Below are positions 54,529 to 64,000 of a DNA stretch of 64,000 nt, one piece after another (the first letter of the stretch is position 1; every line of letters starts with the position of its first letter). The DNA is from an uncultured Planctomycetaceae bacterium (lineage in GTDB: Bacteria; Planctomycetota; Planctomycetia; Planctomycetales; Planctomycetaceae). Where the stretch lies: NCBI GenBank assembly GCA_963815195.1, contig CAWFGE010000015.1, positions 704,001 through 768,000 on the forward strand, written 5' to 3'. The translations under genes and the position numbers were made by a program. The notes under the pieces are model-generated. The model made no database searches. It saw only the letters and a list, made by a program, of their open reading frames with translations, and was not told where the DNA came from.

Positions 54529-56145
54529 CTAGGGGTTTTTCACCCCGGAGACAAGGTTGTCCTCGTGGACCGCATGGGCCGATTTCTCGGCGAGGGCGGC
54601 CAGGTTCTCCATCAAAGTGTGAATCTGAATCCGTTCGTCAGGCGAAATGATCTTGTCGGCGCTCGGGTAGCCGAAGCAGGCGGTTGCGGTCTGGCTTTGG
54701 AAGTGATGGTCGAGGATTTCAAAGTGGTCGGTGGTCATCAAGTTCGGGTGCGGCACGCCGCAGGCCCGGCAGAGTTGCAGAAGCTCCTTGCGAAGGGTCA
54801 CGATGTAATTCGCGAGCCGGGCCGACTTGTGGGTGGGATCGAGGCCGCGCATCAGCCAGCGGTTTTGGGTGGCAATCCCGGTGGGGCAGTGGCCGGTGTG
54901 GCAGCGCTGGGCCTGGATGCAGCCGATGGCGAGCATCGCCTCGCGGCCGACGTTGATCATGTCGCAGCCCAACCCGAAGGCGAGCAGCGACGTTTCCGGA
55001 AAGCCGAGCTTCCCCGACCCGATGAAGACCACCTTGCGGTGCAGCCCCGCTTCGACAAACATTTGAAACACCGCGCTCATCGCGCGTTTGAAGGGCATGG
55101 CCACGTGGTCGGAGAACACCAAAGGTGCCGCCCCCGTCCCGCCTTCGCCGCCGTCGATCGTGATGAAATCCACCCCGCGGTCGCCGGCGGACATCTTGTC
55201 GATCAACTCCGACCAGAAATCCATCTGGCCCACCGCGGCTTTGATGCCCACGGGCAGCCCGCTGGCGTCGGCGATCCGCTCCACGAAATCCAAGAGCCCG
55301 TCCACATCGTGAAATTCCCGGTGGGCCGCCGGGCTGATGCAGTCCCTCCCCAGCGGGATGCCGCGAATTTTGGCGATCTCGGGAGTGACCTTCGCCGCGG
55401 GCAGCACGCCGCCCCGCCCCGGCTTCGCACCCTGGCTGAGCTTGATTTCAATCGCCCGGATCGGATTGGCGCGGGCGACTTCCAAAAACCGAGGCAGCGA
55501 AAATCGCCCGTTCTCGTCCCGGCAGCCGAAGTAGCCCGTGCCGATCTGCCAGATGAGCTGCCCGCCTTTTTGATGATAAGGCGAGACGCCGCCTTCGCCG
55601 GTGTTGTGCAGGCAGTCGGCGATCCGACTGCCGCGATTGATGGCTTCGATCGCCGGGCCGCTCAGCGAACCGAAGCTCATCCCGGAAATGTTGACCACGG
55701 AATGGGGCCGAAACGCCTTGGCCCGCCCGCGATGTTCGCCCACAACTTTCGCGCACGGGATGCGGTACAGCGGATCGTAATTGGATTCGCCCGGCATCGG
55801 ATCGGACAGCGGGAACATCGATTGGCGGATGATGAGATAGTTCGGCTCGGTCTCCAGGTCGTTGTCCGTCCCGAACCCGAAGTAGTTGTTTTCCTTTTTC
55901 GACGAGGCATAGATCCAGGTCCGCTCGTCCCGGCTGAAGGGCCGCTCTTCGTTGTTGCTCGTGACGATGTACTGCCGAAGCTCCGGGCCGATGCTTTCGA
56001 GCAGATAGCGAAAGTGCCCGATGAGCGGAAAGTTGTGTAAGATGGCGTGCTTCCGCTGGATCACATCGTACAGAAATACCAAGATCACCACCGCCGCCAC
56101 GAAACTGATCAATCCATTCATGCCCATGAACGCCACACTCGCCAA
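54529..56145 (-). CDS. FMN-binding glutamate synthase family protein (stand-alone, membrane anchored)
   Basis: SGMSFGSLS, NTGEGG, EIKLSQGAKPG, DGGEGGTGAAP and 3Fe-4S motif CIQAQRCHTGHCP. Confidence 0.9.
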   Translation of the reverse strand: MASVAFMGMNGLISFVAAVVILVFLYDVIQRKHAILHNFPLIGHFRYLLESIGPELRQYIVTSNNEERPFSRDERTWIYASSKKENNYFGFGTDNDLETEPNYLIIRQSMFPLSDPMPGESNYDPLYRIPCAKVVGEHRGRAKAFRPHSVVNISGMSFGSLSGPAIEAINRGSRIADCLHNTGEGGVSPYHQKGGQLIWQIGTGYFGCRDENGRFSLPRFLEVARANPIRAIEIKLSQGAKPGRGGVLPAAKVTPEIAKIRGIPLGRDCISPAAHREFHDVDGLLDFVERIADASGLPVGIKAAVGQMDFWSELIDKMSAGDRGVDFITIDGGEGGTGAAPLVFSDHVAMPFKRAMSAVFQMFVEAGLHRKVVFIGSGKLGFPETSLLAFGLGCDMINVGREAMLAIGCIQAQRCHTGHCPTGIATQNRWLMRGLDPTHKSARLANYIVTLRKELLQLCRACGVPHPNLMTTDHFEILDHHFQSQTATACFGYPSADKIISPDERIQIHTLMENLAALAEKSAHAVHEDNLVSGVKNP

Positions 56146-56253
56146 AGAGTCAAACCGGAGGGGTTTCTGGCAATTATCGCGATTTTCCCGGCGATTTGAC
56201 AGGCCACCGCGGCAATTCGGCCGGCGGCGCGCGGCGAACGTTCTGGCACAATT

Positions 56254-56311
56254 GACCGCTTACTTCGTGCGCGGCTCATTTCGCAATAAGAGCCGCGCAC
56301 GTAGTAAGCGG
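56254..56311. repeat. Repeat family B inverted doublet
   Basis: CCGCTTACTTCGTGCGCGGCTC-spacer-GAGCCGCGCACGTAGTAAGCGG. Confidence 0.85.
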
Positions 56312-56337
56312 AAACGTGGCGGAAACGTGGCCCATCT

Positions 56338-57342
56338 TCAAAACCAGCGGCGTTTGTCGACGAGCGTGATCGGGTCTTCGCCTTGGACGAATTGGCGGAT
56401 GTTCGCCAGCAGCGTTTCCAAATGCCGCTGGGCAACCCGCGGCGAAGCGGCGGCGACGTGGGGCGTGATGATCACGTTCGCCATGTCCCACAGCGGATGA
56501 TCGGCAGGCAGCGGCTCTTCCTCGAACACGTCCAAAGCCGCCCCCGCGATCTCGCCGTTCTGTAAAGCCGCGGTAAGATCCGCCAGATCGACAATCACCC
56601 CGCGGCCGATGTTGATCAGCCGGGCCGACGGCTTCATTTGCTGGAACTCTCTCGCCCGAAACAGCTTCTCCGTCTCGGGCGTATGCGGGGCGGCGATGAC
56701 CACGAAGTCGCTTCGCTCCAGAAGCTCGGGCAAGCGGTCGGTCGTCCACACGTCGAGCATCAAATCATCCACAGATCGGCACACGGGATCGACGCCCAGG
56801 AGCTGCATCCCGAACGCCGACGCCCGCCGGCAGATTTCCTTGCCGATATGCCCCACGCCCACGACGCCCATTGTGCAATCGCTCAAATGCAGATGGGCCC
56901 GGTCGATCGAAGTCACATGTCCGGGCCCGGCGGCGAAGGTGCTGCGGGCCGACTCCCCGCCCACGGGTTCCCAGCGGTGCTCCTGCTGCTGCCGGAGATA
57001 GAAGCACAGATTCCGCGCGAAGCACAACACATAGCCCATCACATGGTCGGCGATCACATCGGAAAACAAACCCCGCATGTTGCTCAATCGGCAGGGATGC
57101 TCGATGAGGTCGGGAAACAGGTAATGCTCCAAACTGGCCGTCGGCGATTGCACCCATTCGAGTTTGGTCGATGCCCGAAGCAATGCCGGCGTCAGCTTTC
57201 CAAAAAACGCCTCGGCGTCCGCGATTTCCTTAAGCGCCTCGGCTTCGTCCCAGGCATTGACGACATGCATCGGCCCGGCGGCTTCCTCGATCTTTTGCAA
57301 CCGCTCCTCATCCACGGCGGGAAACAAGACCATCTTCGTCAC
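56338..57342 (-). CDS. D-2-hydroxyacid dehydrogenase family protein
   Basis: GVGHIG, PHTPET, NIGRG, LDVFEEEP and TPHVA. Confidence 0.92.
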   Translation of the reverse strand: MTKMVLFPAVDEERLQKIEEAAGPMHVVNAWDEAEALKEIADAEAFFGKLTPALLRASTKLEWVQSPTASLEHYLFPDLIEHPCRLSNMRGLFSDVIADHVMGYVLCFARNLCFYLRQQQEHRWEPVGGESARSTFAAGPGHVTSIDRAHLHLSDCTMGVVGVGHIGKEICRRASAFGMQLLGVDPVCRSVDDLMLDVWTTDRLPELLERSDFVVIAAPHTPETEKLFRAREFQQMKPSARLINIGRGVIVDLADLTAALQNGEIAGAALDVFEEEPLPADHPLWDMANVIITPHVAAASPRVAQRHLETLLANIRQFVQGEDPITLVDKRRWF

Positions 57343-57494
57343 AGCGGCTCTTTTCTGGTTGATTTGCAAAAGTGAACGGAAAGGAACATGCCGCCGATTA
57401 AGAAATCGCGAGGACCTCAAAAACCACCGGCCGCTTGCGTCTTGCCGCTCATTTTTGAAAGACAAAGAGTTGGACTTGGGGAACGATCTCTAAA

Positions 57495-59210
57495 CTAAAA
57501 CGGCGGTTGGGCTTCGTTTAAGGCGCGGACGGTTTTGGCGATGCCTTGCATTTGAGGGAGCGGGATCACGGTTTTCGCGTGGAGGCCGTGGTTTTCGACT
57601 TTTAACGCGCAGCCCGCAAACGACGGCTTGCCGCGGATGTCTTCGATCGTCTTGGCTTCGAGCGGGACGGGCTGGCCGGCTTGGATCGCCAAACCGAACC
57701 CGTTCGCGATCACGCCGGGAATGTCCACCAGGCCGATCAGATTGGCTTCGTCCAGCAATTGCTTCCGCGCGGCTTGGAAGGCTTCCTGACCGCCGATGTT
57801 GTTTTTTCCGTTCGCGGCGTCGAGCGCGGCCTGCATGTCCGCCTTCGTGCCGCCCATCGTTTGCACCATGCGGTCCTTGAGATAAATCGCGCGGGTCGCC
57901 ATGCCGTCGGGACCGTACATCGCCTTGATCATTTCCCCCTGCATTTGGGCCGCGGGATTGTTCGGGTCGAATTTGTAATTGATCCGCGTGACGTCGGCCT
58001 TCTGATTGCCGAAGGTTTCGGCGTTCGGTTCGTATTTCATCTCCATCGTCATCCCGTTGTAGGTCGTGTTGGACATGAGTTCGCCGCTTTTTTTCGCGAG
58101 TTTGCGGACGGATTCGGGATCTTTCATATCGAGAACCGCCGACATTCGCAGCACCCCTTCCTTGAGATCGCCCAAGCCCAGCGACATCGCCATCGATCCG
58201 AATTTGAGCTTTTCATACTCGGCCACGAGGTCTTTGACCTGCTTTTCCTTCACCGTGTCGCCTTGGGCGTAAGCGTTCAACGACATCTTCAGGCTCCATT
58301 GGACGAGCGAATTCGTATCCATTTGGACCGCTCCGTAACCCAACTTGTCGGCGGGCAACTGATCTAAAAGGGCCAAGGCGGACGGTTTGTGTTTGGCGAT
58401 TGCCTGGGCCGTCTCGGACTTTTCGCCGAAGTCCGCGTATTCGCTGATCGAGATTTGCGAATCGGTCACGCCTAGCCCGCAGGTCCAGCCCTGGGAATCT
58501 TTCACGCCTTGAACCAGACCCTTGAACGCGCTGGCGTACATGTCGGCGATGGTTTTCATATCGACGCCGCTTTGCTGGGGCGGCACGAGGTTGGGCATCT
58601 GCTCGATGAAACCATTGACTTGCTGGACGCCCTGATCGAACGGGCCTTGGTAGATTTTCAGAATCTCCGGCACGTTGACGAACAGCGACAAATCGCCTTC
58701 GTCCCACACCGCCTTCCCGGTGGCGTTGAGGAGCATGGAAACGCCCGCCCCTTGATTGCCGAGCTGAGTCTTGATCTTTCCGGCCGACGGGGCGTGGTCG
58801 GTGTAGATCACCCACTTCTCGAACGTCTGGAAGGTTTGATCGCCCATGACGGCGCTCTTCATGGCGTCGGCATCGGTGGCGGGAATGGCGAACACCACGC
58901 CCGGATCGCCCTCCGCGTTCGGAAACACGCCCACCCACCAATCGCTGTTGAGATCGACCCCTTTGAGCGAAGGATTCGAGATCAGCGTGCCCAGCAAAGG
59001 CGTCGCGAGCTGCACCTTGACGCCTTCTTTGCGGTCCACCTTCACCGCCAAGGCCCCGGCGGTTTGCAGAGTTTTCTGAGGCGACTTCAACCGGAGCAGC
59101 ACGCCCGTGTCCTTGGGAAACGCTGAGATCGGACTATCCGCCGCCGTTAAGGGAAGCGTACCGAGAAAACTCAAAACCAGCGCGATCGAAAGGCTTCGGA
59201 ACATCAACAT
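57495..59210 (-). CDS. Exported hypothetical protein
   Basis: Signal peptide MLMFRSLSIALVLSFLGTLPLTA and a long ORF with plausible composition. Confidence 0.7.
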   Translation of the reverse strand: MLMFRSLSIALVLSFLGTLPLTAADSPISAFPKDTGVLLRLKSPQKTLQTAGALAVKVDRKEGVKVQLATPLLGTLISNPSLKGVDLNSDWWVGVFPNAEGDPGVVFAIPATDADAMKSAVMGDQTFQTFEKWVIYTDHAPSAGKIKTQLGNQGAGVSMLLNATGKAVWDEGDLSLFVNVPEILKIYQGPFDQGVQQVNGFIEQMPNLVPPQQSGVDMKTIADMYASAFKGLVQGVKDSQGWTCGLGVTDSQISISEYADFGEKSETAQAIAKHKPSALALLDQLPADKLGYGAVQMDTNSLVQWSLKMSLNAYAQGDTVKEKQVKDLVAEYEKLKFGSMAMSLGLGDLKEGVLRMSAVLDMKDPESVRKLAKKSGELMSNTTYNGMTMEMKYEPNAETFGNQKADVTRINYKFDPNNPAAQMQGEMIKAMYGPDGMATRAIYLKDRMVQTMGGTKADMQAALDAANGKNNIGGQEAFQAARKQLLDEANLIGLVDIPGVIANGFGLAIQAGQPVPLEAKTIEDIRGKPSFAGCALKVENHGLHAKTVIPLPQMQGIAKTVRALNEAQPPF

Positions 59211-59338
59211 GGGGAATCCTCGCAGGATGAGTGGATTGTGATTCGTCCGTACCGTCGAGTGTAACGAAACCCGACCTGCTGCGGATCGGAGAATTCCCGA
59301 AGAATTCCCCCGTTTCCGTGAAATTCCCGAAGAAAAGG

Positions 59339-59738
59339 GACCACGAAAGACACGAAACACACGAAAAAAAGAGTGGAGGGAACACTGATCTTCGCTCATC
59401 AGCACGAATCATGCGAAGCCTTACTCCTTCCCTCGTTCCCAAGCTCCAGCTCAGGAATGCACTGATCGCCAGACTCTGCCTGGCTACGTGTGGAGCGTCG
59501 GGCGGCTCGCATTTGTGACGACGGAGCTTCAATGGGGTTGATCGGATAATGAACGCGGTGCGAAGCGGAGCTTCGCGAGAGTGCGTGCCCAAGCTGGAGC
59601 TTGGGCACGAGGAGTGGATCAACCAGGGATTTTACCGCCGCAAGGGGAGGTCAAAGAGCGCGGACAAGATATTCTTTAACACCGTGGCCGTTCCCCCTGA
59701 CTATCCGGAAGAACCTTGTTCCGTGTGTTTCGTGGTCC
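59339..59738. repeat. Nested repeats: family C inverted pair enclosing a family D (CTCGTTCCCAAGCTCCAGCT) inverted pair
   Basis: Outer GACCACGAAAGACACGAAA / TTCCGTGTGTTTCGTGGTC. Inner 59432 CTCGTTCCCAAGCTCCAGCT / AGCTGGAGCTTGGGCACGAG 59611. Confidence 0.8.
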
Positions 59739-59751
59739 CATTCCAGAAAAG

Positions 59752-61143
59752 TTAAACGGTGGGATTGAGTTCGCGGATGGGTTTGCCGCGTTCGACGAGG
59801 TACCGCGGGCGGCCGGCGTTGTCGGCGAGGGCGGTTTCGCGGCCGTCGATGCCCAGGTGTTGATAAATCGTCGCCGCGACGTCTTCGGGATGCAGCGGCC
59901 GATCGGCCACGTAAGCCCCCTTGTCATCCGAAGCCCCGATGACCTGGCCCATCTTCAAGCCGCCTCCGCCCATGAGCACGCTGAAGGTGTGCCCCCAATG
60001 ATCGCGGCCCGCGGCGGAGTTCATTTTGGGAGTCCGCCCGAACTCGCCCATCGCCACGACCAAAGTTTTTTCATAAAGCCCCCGGTCGATGAGGTCGCGA
60101 ATCAATGCCGCGATCGCGCGGTCGGTCGGGGGTATCAGCAGCTTCGCGCCCTTTTCGGTGGCATAGCGGTTGGCGGTGCCGTGGTGGTCCCAGGGCTGGG
60201 TGTTGACGGTCACGAACGTCACGCCCCGTTCCACGAGCCGGCGGGCCAACAAAGCCGACTGACCGAACGTGTGCCGGCCGTAGGCGTCCCTGAGCGCCGC
60301 GGGTTCTTTGGAAATGTCGAACGCGTCCCGCACGGCCTGGCTGCTGAGCAAATTGAACGCCGCCTGTTGGTGCGCGCTCATGTTGTGCAATTTCTCATCG
60401 GCCCGCTGCCGGTAGTCATCGATCGTCTGCAAAAGTTCCCGCCGGTGCTCCAAGCGGGAGAAGGTCAAACCCGACGCCAAGGACAGATCGCGGACGCGGA
60501 AGTCGGCTTCGTTGGGATCGGAGTTGACGACGAAGGGATTCGCCGCCCCGCCCAGATAGGCCGCGTAGTGAAAGATATTGTCCGTCCCGCCCCGCAGATG
60601 GGGGACCGCGGCGTAGGCGGGCATGCCGGGAACATTCGGCCCGCGAAGATGGGCGGTCGCGGAACCCAGCGCGGGCCGGCGTTGGATTTTGTTGTCGGGC
60701 TTGTTGAAGTCCGGGCCTTCAAAGCCGGTGAGCATCCAATGGTTGCCCTTGGTATGGTCGCCCGTGCCGTGGTTGACGCTGCGAAGCACGGCCAACCGGT
60801 CGGCGATCTTCGCTTGCTCGGGGAGCATCTCGCTGAACTGGATGCCCGGCACGTTCGTGGAGATCGCTCCGAACGGCCCGCGAAACTGCGAGACCGCATC
60901 GGGTTTGGGATCCCAGGTTTCGTGATGCCCCGGTCCGCCGCTCATCCACACGAGGATCACGCAGGTGTCCGCGGTGGGATTCGCGGAAATGTGGGACAGG
61001 TCCTTCCGAGAAGCCGCCTCGGATCTCAGCCGCAGGAAATCCGCCAAGGTCAACCCGCCCAACCCCAGCAGCCCGGCTTCGACGAAGCTGCGGCGTGTCA
61101 GGCCTTCGCAATCAATCGCGGCGTCTCCGGTGACTCGGAACAT
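59752..61143 (-). CDS. DUF1501 domain protein (Tat-like leader)
   Basis: TRRSF, WMSGGPGHHETWDPKP, ARRLVERGVTFV, GEFGRTP and GRDHW. Confidence 0.92.
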   Translation of the reverse strand: MFRVTGDAAIDCEGLTRRSFVEAGLLGLGGLTLADFLRLRSEAASRKDLSHISANPTADTCVILVWMSGGPGHHETWDPKPDAVSQFRGPFGAISTNVPGIQFSEMLPEQAKIADRLAVLRSVNHGTGDHTKGNHWMLTGFEGPDFNKPDNKIQRRPALGSATAHLRGPNVPGMPAYAAVPHLRGGTDNIFHYAAYLGGAANPFVVNSDPNEADFRVRDLSLASGLTFSRLEHRRELLQTIDDYRQRADEKLHNMSAHQQAAFNLLSSQAVRDAFDISKEPAALRDAYGRHTFGQSALLARRLVERGVTFVTVNTQPWDHHGTANRYATEKGAKLLIPPTDRAIAALIRDLIDRGLYEKTLVVAMGEFGRTPKMNSAAGRDHWGHTFSVLMGGGGLKMGQVIGASDDKGAYVADRPLHPEDVAATIYQHLGIDGRETALADNAGRPRYLVERGKPIRELNPTV

Positions 61144-61254
61144 AACCGTTCATCCCTTGAAAATGACAACGGAAACCGGCATCAAAAAACCTGCCTGAGT
61201 ATATCCATAAATATCGGCCGATGAAAGCCGAGAGGCCTTCTCAGCGAACTTCGA

Positions 61255-61421
61255 GCGTGTCTCACGAAAGAAGGTGGAAAATGACTGGACGTATTTTTCA
61301 AGTGGATCTGGGTGGCACGCCCTCAGGCACGAAGGGCGTGGTCTTGGCAATGGCCACGCCCTTCGCTGAGGCTCAGGGACGTGCCACCCAAATTGGCCCA
61401 TGACCTGCTTTCGCGATACGC
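61255..61421. repeat. Repeat family A copy 4
   Basis: Near-identical to 1026-1160, with degenerate right TIR CTTTCGCGATACGC. Confidence 0.85.
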
Positions 61422-61698
61422 CCGCGCGAACTTCACTCGAACCATTCGGTCCGCAGAATCGCGACTTTTTGGGCTTTTGGATTTCAATAAGTGCATAAAC
61501 TTCAGTCACTTCTTGCGATCTCGCGGTTTCCCAAACCGGCTTGTGGCGCAAATAACCCGGGTCATATCGAGGGACCGAACTTTTGGGGCCTTCGGCCGCA
61601 GGCCGTTGGGGAGTTTTCAAACGCTTTTGCCCCCACTATGATTGAACTCGCGCCGCTTCCAGGTTCCTCCCCTTCTTTTTCAAACAGGATGATTGAGC

Positions 61699-62295
61699 AT
61701 GGGCACTCTTCCCAATGCCTTGGAGCATCGGCAGGCCGACCATCCGATCGATGCGCTGTTCCTCCGCCGCTGGTCGCCGCGGGCGATGACGGGCGAGCCG
61801 ATTTCGCAGGATGAGCTGAATTGCCTGTTCGAGGCCGCTCGCTGGGCCCCGTCCACTTACAACGAGCAGGAATGGCGGTTTTTGTATGCGCACCGAGGCA
61901 CCCCGCATTGGCAGACGTTTTTCGATCTGCTGGTGGAAGGCAATCAAGCCTGGTGCAAAAACGCCGGGGTCTTGTGCGTGGTGGCGTCGCATCAGGTGTT
62001 CGAGCGCAACGGCAAACCCAATCCCGTGCACACGTTCGATTCCGGGGCGGCGTTTGAAAACCTCGCCCTCCAGGGAACGACGATGGACCTTGTCGTGCAT
62101 GGGATGGCGGGCTTCGACCGCGGCAAGGCCCGCACCGATTTGCAGATTCCCGACGATTACGAAGTCGAAGCCATGTTCGCCCTCGGCCGGCCCGGCGACA
62201 TTGACAGCCTGCCCGAGGAACTCCAAGAACGCGAAGTTCCCAGCGGCCGAAAACCCATCGCGGAAATCACCTGTGAAGGCCCCTTCCGTTTCTAA
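61699..62295 (+). CDS. Nitroreductase family protein
   Basis: RRWSPRAM, AARWAPSTYNEQEWRF, FDSGAA and HGMAGFD. Confidence 0.92.
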   Translation: MGTLPNALEHRQADHPIDALFLRRWSPRAMTGEPISQDELNCLFEAARWAPSTYNEQEWRFLYAHRGTPHWQTFFDLLVEGNQAWCKNAGVLCVVASHQVFERNGKPNPVHTFDSGAAFENLALQGTTMDLVVHGMAGFDRGKARTDLQIPDDYEVEAMFALGRPGDIDSLPEELQEREVPSGRKPIAEITCEGPFRF

Positions 62296-63499
62296 CCGAT
62301 TGTTCGTCGGGAATTTTGCTTTCGAGCACGAACTGTCGGCTCGCCAATCGACGCGACATTCCGACCGCATCGCCTTGGAACTGGGTTCGGTGTGGTTGAG
62401 CATCGCCCGCGAAAACGATGGGCTGTGGATGCCCGAACCCCCGGACGCCGAGTTCTCCGAACACTCGTCGGCCCAAGGGTTTCCGGCGGTTCATTTTCTG
62501 GGAAAGGAAGCGGAACTCGCGGAGATTTTGAAACACCGGCGGCTCGCGTGTTGTCCCTGGGGCTGGTCGGCGGGAATGAGGCATTGGGCGGAGAAACATC
62601 GGCTGGAAGTCGATGCCCCGCCGGTTTCGGCCGTCGCCGCCGCCAACTCCCGGCGGTTTTCGTTTGGACTGGAATCGGAGCTGGGCATGGGTCTTCAGTC
62701 GGCGGCTCAAATCGGGACTGCCGCCGAATGCGAAACCGCCCTCGCACAGTTTTCAGCGGATCGGCCGTGGGTTCTCAAAAGCGAGTTCGGCATGTCAGCC
62801 CGCGAACGCCTGTTGGGAATGGGACCGAGCCTTTCCGCGGCTCACGCGGCCTGGGCCGGGAAACGTTTCGCAGCGGGAGAAGTTTTGATTTTGGAGCCTT
62901 GGGTGGAGATATTTCGAGAAGCCGGGCTGCAGTTTGACGTGCCTCGCTTGAAAGAAGGGGAACCGCGACTTTTGGGCGTCACGCCGCTGTTCACGGATCG
63001 GTCCGGAGTGTATCGCGGCAGCCGATTTGATCCCGCGGCCGAGTCGGAATCCGACTGGTCCGAAGCGGTTCAAATCGGCCACATCGCGGCCGAACGCATC
63101 CAGAGTTTGGGATACTTTGGACCCTTGGGCCTCGATGCGGCTTGGTATCGCGATGAGAACGAAGTCGCCAAACTGCGGCCGCTCCAGGACATTAACGCCC
63201 GCTGGACCATGGGTCGGTTGAGTCTGGGGTTTCGCTCGCGATTGGCGGAAAACGAAGCCGGGGCCTGGCTGCATCTCCGCTGCCCCGCGAAAACACCCGC
63301 CGACGCCCGCGATTGGTGGACCGCCTTGGCGAAGGACCTGCCGACACAAACGCGGCTCGTCCGCACATCGCCGATCACCACGGGGCATCAAGTCACCCGG
63401 CACGGAACGGCTTTGGTGATCGCCAGCGATCCCTCGATTCTGCAATCAGCCGTTCGCCAACTGCACTCGGCGGAAGCGACCCGCGGATCACTCGACTGA
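62273..63499 (+). CDS. ATP-grasp-like hypothetical protein (start uncertain)
   Basis: WVLKSEFGMSAR, ILEPWV, GYFGPLGLDA and DINARWTMG match the ATP-grasp pattern (K, ExW, GxD, xNxR). Confidence 0.65.
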   Translation: MKAPSVSNRLFVGNFAFEHELSARQSTRHSDRIALELGSVWLSIARENDGLWMPEPPDAEFSEHSSAQGFPAVHFLGKEAELAEILKHRRLACCPWGWSAGMRHWAEKHRLEVDAPPVSAVAAANSRRFSFGLESELGMGLQSAAQIGTAAECETALAQFSADRPWVLKSEFGMSARERLLGMGPSLSAAHAAWAGKRFAAGEVLILEPWVEIFREAGLQFDVPRLKEGEPRLLGVTPLFTDRSGVYRGSRFDPAAESESDWSEAVQIGHIAAERIQSLGYFGPLGLDAAWYRDENEVAKLRPLQDINARWTMGRLSLGFRSRLAENEAGAWLHLRCPAKTPADARDWWTALAKDLPTQTRLVRTSPITTGHQVTRHGTALVIASDPSILQSAVRQLHSAEATRGSLD

Positions 63500-63513
63500 T
63501 ACGAGTTTTTTCA

Positions 63514-63917
63514 ACCACGAAGACACGAAGAACAAAGAGCCGCGCACGAAGTAAGCGGTCGCGCACGAAGTAAGCGGTCGCGCACGAAGTAAGCGGTCGT
63601 GCAACGTTGCGACTTTACTCAAACTGTGAGCGATGTTTGCATTTTTCTGAAAGGCCTTGCGGATAATAGGCTTTTTTTAGGAGCAAAGGCCACATAGAAG
63701 CAAAGGCCACAAAGTGTTTCGCGGCCGAGAGTCAGCGAAGCCCGCCGCCTGCCCTTCCCTTTGCTCCTCTGTGGCCTTTGTGGCCTTTGCCCCTTAAAAC
63801 CGACTCATTTTGATAGAAGCCTCATTAAAAGAGAACACATCGCTTACAGTTTGAGGACTTTATGAAACCGCTGACTTCGTGCGCGGCTCCTCTGTGGCCT
63901 TCGTGCCTTCGTGGTCA
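63514..63917. repeat. Four concentric inverted-repeat pairs (families C, B, H, E) including a 3x19-bp tandem
   Basis: See the corresponding finding. Tandem CGCGCACGAAGTAAGCGGT x3 at 63541-63597. Confidence 0.85.
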
Positions 63918-63946
63918 AATCTTTTCCTATCACCAAGAGACATGAA

Positions 63947-64000
63947 ATGCTGTTTGGTTTGTTTATTGTCGGCACGGATACGGATGTCGGGAAGACGTTT
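63947..64000 (+). CDS. bioD: Dethiobiotin synthase, 5' end only
   Basis: MLFGLFIVGTDTDVGKTF is the BioD N-terminal P-loop signature. Confidence 0.8.
   Translation, partial: MLFGLFIVGTDTDVGKTF

Noticed and set aside
63541..63597. Possible mini-CRISPR array
   Set aside because: 19-bp units are directly adjacent with no spacers, no cas genes are present, and the motif is a dispersed REP family.

Overview
High-GC bacterial chromosomal segment, most likely Planctomycetota. This is inferred from the DUF1501 protein, sulfatase, HEAT proteins, Hanks-type kinases, stand-alone rpmA and dense palindromic intergenic repeats. It holds about 45 mostly housekeeping or metabolic genes (pgm, leuB, rpmA, rpsU, surE, CCA enzyme, kup, start of bioD, transporters). 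At least 13 genes are broken by single-base indels, mostly in homopolymers, which I read as sequencing or assembly errors. Two loci stand out. (1) 9765-18836 is an operon of three divergent ClpA-like double-AAA+ ATPases. They have tandem HicB-like N-terminal domains instead of Clp_N, degenerate D1 Walker B motifs, no GYVG pore loop and retained ClpP-docking-type xGF loops. Two of the three also carry a C-terminal GGQ-less domain resembling class I peptide release factors, which suggests a hetero-oligomeric, possibly ribosome-linked unfoldase or quality-control system. (2) 49066-50727 is a complete IS110 element inserted at a CT core inside a REP-like palindrome. Its left end carries a readable bridge RNA with guides matching both target and donor, and its circle junction rebuilds a TTGAAA-17-TAGGAT promoter. 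Also notable are a 2-Cys peroxiredoxin/Ser-Thr kinase fusion and several families of REP/MITE-like repeats nested inside one another. All family assignments come from motif recognition by eye; no database searches were run.
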